This document shows, in pieces, positions 1-10,303 of a stretch of 64,000 bases of DNA. Source of the stretch: an uncultured Rivularia sp. (GTDB taxonomy: Bacteria > Cyanobacteriota > Cyanobacteriia > Cyanobacteriales > Nostocaceae); contig OY762007.1 in assembly GCA_963665115.1 (NCBI GenBank), forward strand, positions 6,880,001-6,944,000, written 5' to 3'. Under the pieces are notes generated by a model, which made no database searches, had not been told where the DNA came from, and was given only the letters and a program-made list of their open reading frames with translations. Position 1 is the stretch's first letter; each line of letters opens with the position of its first letter. The translations under genes and the position numbers were made by a program.

Positions 1-1277
1 CAATCAAATAGGCTTCTTCTACACCAAAATTGAATTCACCAGTAGCACCTACACTACCACCGCCCATTTTCTTACAGTAGATACCTTTATCTATAGAGGC
101 AAACAAATCATCTGTAGAGTTTTCGCCAGTAGCAATATAAGTATTTCGCATCCGACTAGCCGCAGCGTAAGTAAAATTCTGCCGTCTTCCGCTACCAGTT
201 CTAGGATGTCCAGTACGTGTGGAACCAGTTCTATCTGCCAAGAAATTCTTGAGAATGCCTTTTTCAATTAATAAGGTTCTTTGGGCTGGCATACCTTCAT
301 CATCCATATCAATGGTACCAAAGGCATTATCGGTACGTCCTTCATCCCAAGCAGTTAAAGCTTCATGAGCAATTTTTTCGCCTTTCTTATTAGCAAAAGG
401 AGAAGTGTTGCGTTCAATTTGAGTAGTTTCGAGTAAATGTCCGCAAGCTTCGTGAAAGATGACTCCACCGAAGTGATTCGCCATAATAATCGGATAATTA
501 CCCGATTCAACATAGTCAGCGTAAAGCATTTTTCCAGCAGATTCGCCAATTTGCTCTGCCGCTTGCTCGAAATCCCAAGTTTTGAGAAAATTAGGGTCGC
601 TAGTGTTACCAGCACGTTCGGCGATAGAACTGCGATGAGCGCCATCAGCACACAACAAACTTAATGCTACCGATTGAGTTAAGCGGATATCGCGGGCAAA
701 AGTTCCATCACTCGCAGCCACTAAAACTTCTTGCCAATCGCGGAAATAGGAAGCACGACGAGATTGAATATGACTCCCTTTATGCTGTAGTTGAGTAGTA
801 CTATCAAGTAAAACTTCTCCCATTTCTCGCATGGAGGTACATAAAGGCAACCATGCATTTTTACCTCTCTTCGATGCGTAATCTTTAAATAATTCCAGGT
901 TAATTTCCGCAATAAAAGCATTTGGTGCCGGTAATTGTAACCCTACAATCGCCAAAGCTTTTTCCAAAGCAGCTTTTAAACCATTGAACGTAATATCATT
1001 TGTGCTAACGTAACAATCAGCTTTACCGCGAAATACCCTTACTCCAGCACCCGTAGAAAGACGAGGAGTAATACTCGTAATAGTGTCCTCTTCTGCTAGG
1101 CAGCTAATATAATTTACGCGCTCTAAAAAGAATTCGATAAAGTCAGCACCCGCAGCACGTCCCCAAACCTAAGAGAGTAGATAAAGGTGCTGCCCAAGTT
1201 TCATCAAACTGCTCTTTTGTAGAAGAATATTGCAGATTGGGGAGTTGATTAGAAAGAAGCAGAGTACTAGTTTGCAT
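1..1277 (-). CDS. tldD: TldD/PmbA family metalloprotease (runs off the window start; apparent +1 frameshift at CCCC 1161-1164)
   Basis: Manual translation: [13 protein letters not shown]...[15 protein letters not shown]...[14 protein letters not shown] (HExxxH)...DDEGMPAQ...GSGRRQNF...RMRNTY. Removing one G restores a single frame. Confidence 0.9.
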
Positions 1278-1476
1278 GAGTTACCTTTTGGTGGAGAAGC
1301 GTTGTTTTAAGTTAGTTTTTGCAGTTCTTATTATGAACAAATTCAACAAACTGATAACAAACCTTTAGGGGCTGTGTATCATCTTAGCTAATATATATTC
1401 GGTTGTTAGAGTTATAACTAATAAAGATATAACGGGGGAGCAAAAGAAAAATATACAATCCTTTACTCAGAATTAG

Positions 1477-1521
1477 AGGGAGTAGGAAATAGGGAGTAGG
1501 GAGTAGGGAGTAGGGAGTAAG
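1477..1521 (+). repeat. Heptamer tandem repeat (STRR-type, GGGAGTA)
   Basis: gggagta repeated about 5-6 times. Confidence 0.85.
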
Positions 1522-1551
1522 GAATTAAAAAGACCCGATCTACTTACGTTT

Positions 1552-2346
1552 CTACAATTCTTCGGGGTTAACGCCCAATTCTCGCAGTTTTGCAGCGAAT
1601 CGTTCGGCTCGTTGACTTTCTCGCTCGGCTCGTTGACTTTCTTGTTCGGCTCGTTGACTTTCTTGCTCAGCTCGTTGACTTTCTTGCTCGGCTGGAGTTA
1701 GTAGCCAACTACCATTATCTTCATACCAGCGCAACCACAAGCGTTCGATACCTTTATAACTACCTTGCCAAAGTCCCAAACCGATTTCCAATCCCGGCAT
1801 CCAAATACGTGGTTCTTCTAAATTTAGTTCCTTATAAGAATTAGCTTGAAGAACAAAGGCTCGTAAATGATCTGTATATCTATCAAATACGATGTAATAA
1901 GGAATTCTTAAAATTTGTTCGTAAACCTGCCACTTAGTCGGTGGTTTGTCTGTTTCTACTATACGTAAGCTTTGACCTAAATCTTCTTTCTCAGTTCCCG
2001 GAGAAATCAATTCTACCGCAACAAAAGGATTTATCCCCTCTTGCCAAACTACGTAACTTAAACGTAAATCTCTTTGTTCGTAAAGCCGAGAAATTCCGAC
2101 TACTGCAAACCAATCAGGACGTTTATACCATAAAGGATTGCGGGAATTATAGTAAAGATTTAAATCGCTGGCAACAAAAATTTCATCCGCAGTATAAGTC
2201 GGTGGACGAAAAGTTTCCTCCAACAATTGCGGTTGATAAATATGAAATTCGTCCGGCAAACCAGGTTCCTCTGGGTCTTCACTAGGTAAATCATACATTG
2301 TAGGAAGACTTTCTTTTGCAGGAATTGGTGGGTCTGTTTGGTACAT
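1552..2346 (-). CDS. Uma2/DUF820 family PD-(D/E)XK putative endonuclease with C-terminal coiled-coil repeat
   Basis: LPTMYDLPSEDPEEPGLPDEFH, RPDWFAVVG, VELISPGT motifs; (QESQRAE)x4 tail. Confidence 0.85.
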   Translation of the reverse strand: MYQTDPPIPAKESLPTMYDLPSEDPEEPGLPDEFHIYQPQLLEETFRPPTYTADEIFVASDLNLYYNSRNPLWYKRPDWFAVVGISRLYEQRDLRLSYVVWQEGINPFVAVELISPGTEKEDLGQSLRIVETDKPPTKWQVYEQILRIPYYIVFDRYTDHLRAFVLQANSYKELNLEEPRIWMPGLEIGLGLWQGSYKGIERLWLRWYEDNGSWLLTPAEQESQRAEQESQRAEQESQRAERESQRAERFAAKLRELGVNPEEL

Positions 2347-2437
2347 ACGTGCTATGACCGTACTCGTCTAACTTGATGGTAGCTGATAAATGGGGGACAA
2401 GGGGATGGGGGGACAAGGAGAACTTTAACCTTTAACC

Positions 2438-2971
2438 TTAATAACTCATAAAACCATTATGCTGTAAATATTTAATAACTTTACTGACACTTTCTTCAAT
2501 GGTTTCTTGATTGGTATTGCAAACTATTTCTGCATTTAAAGGAGATTCGTAAGGGTCATCGATACCCGTAAAACCTTTAATTTCTCCCGCTCTTGCTTTA
2601 GCGTACAATCCTTTAACATCTCTTGCTTCACACACTTCCAACGGTGTATTAATATAAACTTCTACAAAGTTATTAGTAATAGCTCGAATTTCACCTCTGA
2701 TTTGTCGATAAGGACTGATTGTAGCAACAATTGTTATAACTCCATTGCGACTAAGCAAGTTAGCTACAAATCCGACTCGACGTATATTTGTATCTCGGTC
2801 TTTTTTGCTGAAGCCCAATCCTTGAGATAGCCAAGTTCTAATTATATCTCCATCTAAAACTTCAACCAGACATTTGCTAGCCCTAAGTTTTTCTTCAATT
2901 CCTTTAGCAATAGTGCTTTTACCCGCACCACTAAGACCTGTCAGCCAAAGCGTTACACCTTTATTATTCAT
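2438..2971 (-). CDS. cysC: Adenylyl-sulfate kinase
   Basis: WLTGLSGAGKST P-loop, LDGD, RDVKGLY, FTGIDDPYE. Confidence 0.95.
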   Translation of the reverse strand: MNNKGVTLWLTGLSGAGKSTIAKGIEEKLRASKCLVEVLDGDIIRTWLSQGLGFSKKDRDTNIRRVGFVANLLSRNGVITIVATISPYRQIRGEIRAITNNFVEVYINTPLEVCEARDVKGLYAKARAGEIKGFTGIDDPYESPLNAEIVCNTNQETIEESVSKVIKYLQHNGFMSY

Positions 2972-2991
2972 AAATAATCAGCTATCAGTAA

Positions 2992-3113
2992 TTAAGGTTA
3001 AAGGTTAAAGGTTAAAGGTCAAAGGTTAAAGGTTAAAGGTCAAAGGTTAAAGGTTAAAGGTCAAAGGTCAAAGGTTAAAGGTCAAAGGTTAAAGGTTAAA
3101 GGTTGAAGGTTAA
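2992..3113 (+). repeat. Heptamer tandem repeat (AAAGGTT/AAAGGTC), about 17 copies
   Basis: Directly visible tandem array. Confidence 0.95.
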
Positions 3114-3148
3114 AATTCTCCTTGTCTCCCCATCTCTCCCTCGACTCC

Positions 3149-4628
3149 TCAACCTAGCAATTCGACCATTTCGCGGACATTCCCTTTCACTCCACCAATT
3201 CCTTGAGAAAAATCTCGATCTTGTTTGCGGACAATCATTTTGATGCCGTTTTTGGGTGCCATGACTATATTGCCAGAACGGTTTATTGTTTGCTCAGTAA
3301 TATATTCTAAGCGGTATTTTTGCAATAACATTGATAATACAATTTTGATTTCCATCATTGCAAAACCTGCACCAATACAAATACGAGAACCAGCGCTAAA
3401 GGGGTTATATTCAAACATTGTTGGCTCAAATGTTTCCCATCTTTGAGGATTGAATTTCTCTGGTTGTGGGTAAATTTCTTTTAGATGATGAGTGTGGTAA
3501 ATGCTGACGAAAACTTCGGTTCCCTTGGGTAATTCATAACCTCCGAGTTCGGTTGCTTGGGAGGTGACGCGAGCATTCCAGGGTACTGGAGTTAATACAC
3601 GCATACTTTCTTTTATTACTCTTTCTAATAAAGGTAATTTTTGTAGTTGTTCTACCGTCGGGGCTTCTCCATTTAATACGCTTTGCAGTTCGTCCACTAC
3701 GTCTTGCGCCCAAAGGGGATGTTGCGATAAAAGAAATAGCGTCCAGGTGAGTGCATTGGCGCTGGTTTCATGTCCTGCGGCAAAAATAACTCCTGCGTGT
3801 CCCTAAGAGTTCATCTTCACTTAGAGTTAAACCTGTTTCTGCATCTCGCGCCCGAATTAGCATCGAAAGTACGTCACCATCATCTGCATTTTCAGCCTGT
3901 TTGCGGCGAATTAACTGACGCATTTCTTCATCAAGTTGCGCGAATAAGTTGAGTAAATGATGGAATGGAAGCCCCGGAATATCAAAAGGCAAAAGAGCGA
4001 TCGCCAAGTTTCCATTTATCCCCAATGCTTCTTGCAAAATCTGTCCGCTTTTAGCTCCTTGTTCGCCAACATCACTACCGAAAAAGGTTTTAGTCGCTAC
4101 TCGTAGGGTAAGAAGTCGCATCACTTGAGCAATATCAATTGGCTTATCTATCGTTAATTGCTCCAGTACCGATTGCGTAATAGCAACCATATCCGAGCGG
4201 TAAGAATCAATACGCTGCTTATGAAAAGCTGGCATCAGAAGTTGGCGATGTTGCCGATGAGTTGCGCCGTTTACACCAAATAAACCAACACCAAAATGCT
4301 TAAGAGGCTCGGTACGTTTTGAATCATTGTGTTTACTGTACATCATCCCGGACAACGGACATTTGTGATAAACTTCGTGCTGGCTGGTGACTTGACGTAC
4401 ATTTTCCGCACCACAAGTAAAAACTGTACCAGGACATTCCGTAAGCGGCGAGTATATATGAGTACCGCCACCAGCTACCATTGAAACCACCGAACCATAA
4501 GTATCAAATAAATGGCGGGTATATCCAATCGAATCCTTTGCAAAGCGTAAAATTGGGCCAAAACGTCCCAAAATTGTATTTGCAGATGGTCCAGGAACGT
4601 TTAATTTTGGTAGATAAGCGATAGTCAT
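3149..4628 (-). CDS. Cytochrome P450 (~492 aa; split by an apparent +1 frameshift at CCC 3801-3803)
   Basis: ORFs 3768-4628 and 3149-3697 join through the I-helix AAGHETS; ESMR (ExxR) and FSAGSRICIG heme motif present. Confidence 0.9.
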
Positions 4629-4703
4629 TTAGAAAGATGGGGACGAGTTAGAGGGGGGAGAGGGGGGAGAATTTCTAATTCATAACTGATAACTGTTCAC
4701 TGT

Positions 4704-5051
4704 TCACTGTTTTCGCCAATTATTTTCGGCTTGGTTTAAAACGTAGCTGGATACGGCTTGTATTTCTGATTCGCTTAAACGATCTTTGTATGCCGACATA
4801 TTGTTTTTACCGTATGTGACAATATTAGAAATCGCTTCTACAGAATCCATTTTATATTTTTTTAAAGCTTTCATTTTCAGATTTTTACCGCGTCGAATTA
4901 TATTACCTCCATTAATATGACAACCCGCGCAATTTGCTGAAAAGATTTTTGCACCGTTGGCTCCATCTAGGGTATCTGCTAAAACTGGTTGTTGCAGGCA
5001 AATTATCAATAATAAAATTGTAAATAAGGCAAATTTAATCAAAGTTCTCAT
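4704..5051 (-). CDS. petJ: Cytochrome c6 family protein
   Basis: Signal peptide, GAKIFSANCAGCH, GKNNMSAY axial Met. May be a c6-like paralogue. Confidence 0.8.
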   Translation of the reverse strand: MRTLIKFALFTILLLIICLQQPVLADTLDGANGAKIFSANCAGCHINGGNIIRRGKNLKMKALKKYKMDSVEAISNIVTYGKNNMSAYKDRLSESEIQAVSSYVLNQAENNWRKQ

Positions 5052-5308
5052 TTTGATAAATCTAAGTTTGGACTATGCTTAACTTTAGCATTTAATTAAT
5101 ATTTACCAATTATCACTTATTTTTATAAGCCAGGATATATCACTTCCCGATTTATAAATATCAGACATACATCTTATGGAATAGATATTTAATTTTCATC
5201 GCTATTTTCTATCTAAAGGATGTACCACTTTAATCAAATACTACGTCACTATATAGAGGCGACAATATGTCAATAACATTCTCTAAATTATTTACATAGG
5301 TATAGAAT

Positions 5309-6073
5309 ATGGCTGACAATATCAAAGATCAAATTAAAACAGACTTGCAACAAGTTAAGGAAACCGGACAGCAAAGAGTTGATAGGATTCGAGAAATTGT
5401 CAAACTTGCAGTTGGTGGAGTAGTCTCTGAGTTTAAAGAAGGTTCGGTTGAACTTCGAGTACTTGTTAAAGATGCTGTTTCTGCTGTAGCTGAAAACTTA
5501 CAAGGAAAGGGCAGCGAAATCAAAGAAGAAATTACTGCATCTATTGAAGGTGCTGTGGAAGCTGTTGATAGTAAGCGGCGAGAAGCTTTAAACAAAACTC
5601 AAACTGAAGTTAAACTATTACAAGCTCAAATTGATGACGAAGAAGATAAAATTCAGCAAGAAGTTGATGGTATTTTGACAGAAATTCAAGATACAAGTCA
5701 AGAAAAATCTACTGAAGCTCAAACTGCAATAAAATCTGCTGTTGAATCTATTAAAAACAGCGAAGAAGCATCTTTATTAAAGAAACGCTACGCTCAGTTG
5801 CAAGCACAATTAGCTATTGTCAGAGCGAATTTAGCAGCACGTTACGGTGGTGATGGCGATAACGTGCAAATTTTTCTGAACGATGCTAAAACCTGGTACG
5901 AAAAATCTCGTCCTCAAGGGGAAGAAATCGTTATTCAGGTAAAAGATAAGCATTCTGACGTGGAAACAAAACTTGCTGAAGCAGGTAGTTCATTAGCTAA
6001 AAAAGAAAGTCAGCTAAAACAAAAATTAAGAGAGTTGCTTTTATCAACTGCTGACTGGTTGAAAGAGAAATAA
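5309..6073 (+). CDS. Hypothetical alpha-helical/coiled-coil protein
   Basis: 254-aa ORF, E/K/Q/A-rich, no catalytic motif recognised. Confidence 0.75.
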   Translation: MADNIKDQIKTDLQQVKETGQQRVDRIREIVKLAVGGVVSEFKEGSVELRVLVKDAVSAVAENLQGKGSEIKEEITASIEGAVEAVDSKRREALNKTQTEVKLLQAQIDDEEDKIQQEVDGILTEIQDTSQEKSTEAQTAIKSAVESIKNSEEASLLKKRYAQLQAQLAIVRANLAARYGGDGDNVQIFLNDAKTWYEKSRPQGEEIVIQVKDKHSDVETKLAEAGSSLAKKESQLKQKLRELLLSTADWLKEK

Positions 6074-6125
6074 ATTAACAAATAGCTAATGAATAGTTGT
6101 TGTTCAATTTAGTATGAAAATTAAT

Positions 6126-6375
6126 GTAGAGACGTTGCATTGCAACGTCTTTTTGATGTTTTGGATTAACAAATCAATTTAATATTAAAGCCCACGCAGG
6201 TGGGCTTTGTAATTGTAGCGATTCCCTTCTAGGGTATTGCTATAGATTAGTTAGTGACGCACTTAATTTGTATAGTACTAGCGGGCAAGATGCCCGCACT
6301 ACAATAACTCTAACTCTGTCCCTTATTCAATCTAGCTACACATCAGCTTACCAGGGAGCGAGACGCTCCCACTAC
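6126..6375. repeat. Cluster of short REP-like palindromes
   Basis: GTAGAGACGTTGCATTGCAACGTCT; AAAGCCCACGCAGGTGGGCTTT; GCGGGCAAGATGCCCGCACTAC; GGGAGCGAGACGCTCCCACTAC. Confidence 0.75.
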
Positions 6376-6605
6376 AATATGTTTTTCAGCATCTGGAATG
6401 CTCCCCAATAAATCAATTTTATAAATTAAATTAACAATTTAAAAATAGACTAATCACAAAAACCCAGTATTTTCATTTTCAAGATACCGGGTTTCTAATC
6501 TACTATATTCACATTTTCAATCCAAAATCTAAAATCCAAAACTAAAAGGGTGGACAATTAGCCACCCCCCAATATCCTATATCAGATGTTTGCTCGTATA
6601 GAGCA

Positions 6606-6776
6606 TTATACTCCTCGTTCCAATTCATTATGCTTGGTAATTGCCCATAAAGCGTGGATACTTCCGGGAAGCCATCCTAACAAGGTTAATCCAATATTAA
6701 TAAATAAAGTAGGACCAATTCCATAAGTTAAGAAAATACCAACGGGGGGTACGAGTAAACCAAGTAAAAGTTTCAT
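6606..6776 (-). CDS. YqaE/Pmp3 family small membrane protein (56 aa; not in ORF track)
   Basis: MKLLLGLLVPPVGIFLTYGIGPTLFINIGLTLLGWLPGSIHALWAITKHNELERGV; PP..LTLLGWLPG.IHA signature. Confidence 0.9.
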   Translation of the reverse strand: MKLLLGLLVPPVGIFLTYGIGPTLFINIGLTLLGWLPGSIHALWAITKHNELERGV

Positions 6777-6884
6777 AGTTTTTTGACCTTTTTAATTACA
6801 GTTGATTGAAGTGATTTGAGACAAACCAAAATTTACGATTCTATCTGAAGATATATTTTGGTTTATTGTTGGAAATTCTATTAA

Positions 6885-7277
6885 TTAGTTAGAAGGTAAT
6901 TCTGCGTTATTGTTTGCTTTACCAGCGAGCAAATTCTTTTCTCCCATATAATTGCTAATGAAGGTATTAGCAAAAGACATAACTACAGGAGCTAGGAAGA
7001 AAGCGATAATTCCGTTAACTGCGAATCCAGGGGTTACGGCAGCAGCTAACCAGAAGCAAAGTCCGTTAACTACAAGCGAAAATGCTCCCAATGTTAACAA
7101 GTTAATTGGCAAGGAAAGGGTTGAGATAATAGGCTTGATTGAGCCATTTACTAAACCAATTACCAAGCCAGCAATCATAGCTGATGGGAAGTTAGCTAGG
7201 TTTACACCTGGAACTACTATGTCTACTATTAGCAAACTTAATGCAGTTGCTAATGTTGTTAAAAATATGCTTAACAT
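6885..7277 (-). CDS. Phage holin family (4-TM, YvlD/DUF360-like) membrane protein
   Basis: Four hydrophobic segments; GLVNGSIKP, LPINLLTLGAFSLVVN. Confidence 0.8.
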   Translation of the reverse strand: MLSIFLTTLATALSLLIVDIVVPGVNLANFPSAMIAGLVIGLVNGSIKPIISTLSLPINLLTLGAFSLVVNGLCFWLAAAVTPGFAVNGIIAFFLAPVVMSFANTFISNYMGEKNLLAGKANNNAELPSN

Positions 7278-7528
7278 AATCTCTACCTAAAACAAAAATC
7301 GTTTTATTGAACTCTTATATATATAGTGAACAATTATGCTGAAGCAAACCTCCATAACAAGATAGATTTGGTTTATATCGAAAGGTAGGGAATAAAGAAT
7401 GGGGAATAGGGAATAGGGAATAGGGCATTGGGAATCGGGAACATTCAAATTAATGAAACAACTATAAATTCCTAATTCTTAACTTTTAATTTTTAAGTTT
7501 TGTATATTAAATTGCCAATTTATTATTT

Positions 7529-7858
7529 TTATGAATCAGATTTAAAGTACAGTGAAGAGTTGTATAAAATTTGTTCTTGATGAGTTTGTAAGGTGCAATC
7601 GGATAAGGGATAGGCTACGCAGGTGATGGTGTAACCAGCTTCAATTTCTTTATTTTGAAGAAATGTTTGCTCGCTTTGGTCAACTTGTCCACTGACTATT
7701 TTTGCTACGCAAGCAGAGCAGTTTCCTTGTTTGCACCCGAAGGGTAAGCGGATATTTTCGTCTTCGGCTATATCTAATATATATTCGCTGTCGGGTACTT
7801 CGATGGTGCTGTCTAACCCGATATCTTGGTTAATTAATCGTACTTTGTAATTTGACAT
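7529..7858 (-). CDS. Plant-type [2Fe-2S] ferredoxin
   Basis: LPFGCKQGNCSAC...TCVAYP. Confidence 0.92.
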   Translation of the reverse strand: MSNYKVRLINQDIGLDSTIEVPDSEYILDIAEDENIRLPFGCKQGNCSACVAKIVSGQVDQSEQTFLQNKEIEAGYTITCVAYPLSDCTLQTHQEQILYNSSLYFKSDS

Positions 7859-7946
7859 TTACAATTTTGGATTTTGAATTTTGGTTCGTAGTAAGGACTT
7901 TAGTCCTTGAATTAAGAGCTAAAGCTCTTACTACGAACCTTTTTTA

Positions 7947-8963
7947 TTACTTACCGACAATCTCTGCAACTTTGTCAGCCATCGATTTATCTAGACGAGC
8001 GCCGTGAACTTGTACGATGCAAGAAGCGAGATAATTTCCCCAACGTGCTGACTGTTGAGCGTTCAAACCATTGGTTAATCCGTACAACACACCACCTGCA
8101 AAAGAATCTCCCGCACCAACTGTATCAATAGCTTTAACTGGAAATCCGGGTACGCTTACAACTTTTTTGTTTTCTACTACCAGACAGCCATTAGCACTAT
8201 CGGTAATAAATCCGGTGTCAACGATTTCGCCGAGTTTGCTGGCACAATCTTCTAAAGATTCGCTGCCGAAGAAATTACGAACTTCATCAGCGTTGCAAAA
8301 TACTACGTCGCAGTATTCGGAAACTAACTTGTGAAAATCATCGCTGAAGCGACTTACCAAAAATAAATCGGAAAAAGTATAAGCAACTTTTACACCCAAA
8401 CGCTTGGATTGCTCCATAGTTTCAACGCTGGCTTTCTTGGGATCTGGTGCATCCCAAAGATAACCTTCGACATAGCTATATTGACATTGAGCTAACTTAT
8501 CAACGTTAATATCGCTAGGAGCCAAATTGGTGGAAACTCCCAAATGAGTACACATAGTACGTTCAGCATCGGGAGTAGTTAAAACCAAACAGGTGCCCGT
8601 GGGGCCATGATTTTCTTCGGTGGGGTGAACATCAAACCCAATTCCAGCTTCAATTAAATCCTCACGATAAAACTCACCATTCGTATCGCCAGAAACCTTA
8701 CCAGAATAAAAACCCTTACCACCACTTTGCGCGATCGCAATCATTGTATTAGCAGCAGAACCTCCGGAACTTAATTCCAGGGAATGGTGTTTCAACTCCC
8801 GCAATAAATGACCTTGTTTTTCGGCATCCATAAGAGTCATGCCGCCCTTACTCAAGTCATTTTTCTTCACGAAATCATCTTCTACCATTGCCAAGATGTC
8901 CACCATAGCGTTACCCACGCCAAAAACATCCACTGACTTAGAATTGTTTTGTCCTGCTGTCAT
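7947..8963 (-). CDS. PfkB family carbohydrate/adenosine kinase
   Basis: GGSAANT, DTVGAGDSFAGG. Confidence 0.9.
   Translation of the reverse strand: MTAGQNNSKSVDVFGVGNAMVDILAMVEDDFVKKNDLSKGGMTLMDAEKQGHLLRELKHHSLELSSGGSAANTMIAIAQSGGKGFYSGKVSGDTNGEFYREDLIEAGIGFDVHPTEENHGPTGTCLVLTTPDAERTMCTHLGVSTNLAPSDINVDKLAQCQYSYVEGYLWDAPDPKKASVETMEQSKRLGVKVAYTFSDLFLVSRFSDDFHKLVSEYCDVVFCNADEVRNFFGSESLEDCASKLGEIVDTGFITDSANGCLVVENKKVVSVPGFPVKAIDTVGAGDSFAGGVLYGLTNGLNAQQSARWGNYLASCIVQVHGARLDKSMADKVAEIVGK
8731..8738. repeat. HIP1 octamer GCGATCGC (one example; also 16387, 24252, 34781, 61400 and others)
   Basis: Over a dozen copies seen in an AT-rich window, a cyanobacterial hallmark. Confidence 0.9.
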
Positions 8964-9071
8964 GCTGATTTATGTTTATGTTAAAGCTGCAATTTTAGTT
9001 TAGGGTAATCCGTGGAATTAATATAGTTGTGGTGGGGGAATTTGATGGTGCAACAAAATTAAATGATTTTT

Positions 9072-9141
9072 GTAGGGTGCTGTGACGGCTAAAGTAATTT
9101 ATCGAGCATAACGAAATAATTTACGGATGCCGTCACGCACC
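9072..9141 (+). repeat. GTAG-headed long-loop REP-like hairpin
   Basis: GTAGGGTGCTGTGACGGC-39 nt-GCCGTCACGCACC; relatives at 42095, 42247 and 43194-43258 (reverse). Confidence 0.75.
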
Positions 9142-9334
9142 ATCTTTATTAGATATTCGTAAAAATAATCATATCCGCCGGGGAATGCAATTAAGAGTCT
9201 AATAGCGAAAGTTCATTGAAATGGATTAAGAAGATTATGAGTATTAATTTGAATTTTTTAATCGTTTATTCGTAAGTTGTAAGATATAAAAAAGCATAAA
9301 TAAGGACGGGCTGGAAGCCCATCCCACAAGAGGT

Positions 9335-9712
9335 ATGGAAAGGAATAAAATTACAGTTGAAGAATTGTTAGAGCGTTATGCTGCTGGGAAGCGAGATTTT
9401 AGTGGGGTTAACTTGAGTGGAGTTGATTTAAGTGAAACTGATTTGCTCCGTATCAATTTAAGTGGTGCAAATTTAAGTGGAGCCAATTTCGCCAACGCAA
9501 GACTTTATGGTGCTGATATGCGAAAATGCAACCTGAGCGGAGCCGATTTGAGGAATGTAGATTTACGTGTCAGCAGATTGGAAGAAGTTAACTTTCAAGG
9601 TGCCAATCTGCAAGGTGCTAACTGGCGGAATGCTGAACGATTTGGTGCTTTTTTTCATAACACTACTATGCCAGACGGAAAAATTATTGCTGAACCTAAC
9701 CGCTATGAGTGA
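9335..9712 (+). CDS. Pentapeptide repeat protein
   Basis: EELLERYAAGKRDFSG start, A(N/D)LxG repeats, MPDG end. Confidence 0.9.
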   Translation: MERNKITVEELLERYAAGKRDFSGVNLSGVDLSETDLLRINLSGANLSGANFANARLYGADMRKCNLSGADLRNVDLRVSRLEEVNFQGANLQGANWRNAERFGAFFHNTTMPDGKIIAEPNRYE

Positions 9713-9752
9713 ATTACTTTGTCACTCGACTAAAACAAAACAATATCCTTAA

Positions 9753-9873
9753 ATCCCACCTTGAAATCAATTTCAAGGCTAATAAACAAAGTACGTTAAA
9801 ACACACTAAAAATCTGATTTAGTCGTCTTTAGACGACTTTGGCTATTAGCCTGGGAATTTATTCCAAGGCGAT
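9753..9873. mobile_element. MITE-like inverted-repeat element
   Basis: Left arm CCTTGAAATCAATTTCAAGGCTAATA..AAAGT..ACTAAA mirrors right arm TTTAGT..ACTTT..TATTAGCCTGGGAATTTATTCCAAGG; partial relative at ~9172-9230. Confidence 0.55.
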
Positions 9874-10047
9874 ATTATGTTAAAACAAACCAATCTCATT
9901 TCTTCTCAAATCAAAATCTAGGAAAAAACCCAAAAACTCCGCGTTCCTTTGCGTTTACCAATAGTTCCTTTGCGTTAAAAAACATATTATTTCAATACCA
10001 AAATGTTGGGTTACGGCGTATTCTCAATATCCCATCAAGCACAAAGA

Positions 10048-10154
10048 TACAGCACTTTGCAAATAAGTGAGGTACAGCCTCATATTACAAAACTCTTGTG
10101 GGATGGGCATCCCTGCCCGTCCGAATGTACCTTACAAAGATGAAATATGCTGTA
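10048..10154. mobile_element. MITE-like element nested inside a GTAG hairpin (10004-10177), itself containing a REP
   Basis: TIRs TACAGCACTTT..GTGAGGTACA / TGTACCTTAC..AAATATGCTGTA. Confidence 0.6.
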
Positions 10155-10303
10155 TTTACGCCTTTAATCCAACCTACCGCTATATTTTCGTTGGTAATTT
10201 AAATACGGGGAGACGTAGCAATGCTACGTCTCTACATTAGTAATTCGTTTGTTGCACCATATTCGGCTCCCTCTCCTTCACAAGGAGAGGGCTGGGGTGA
10301 GGT

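Noticed and set aside
355..921. Short ORFs 355-651, 437-664 and 721-921
   Set aside because: Off-frame or antisense to tldD
6885..7277. Prophage suggested by holin-family genes (also 54860-55225)
   Set aside because: No phage structural, lysin or integrase genes; this family is commonly chromosomal
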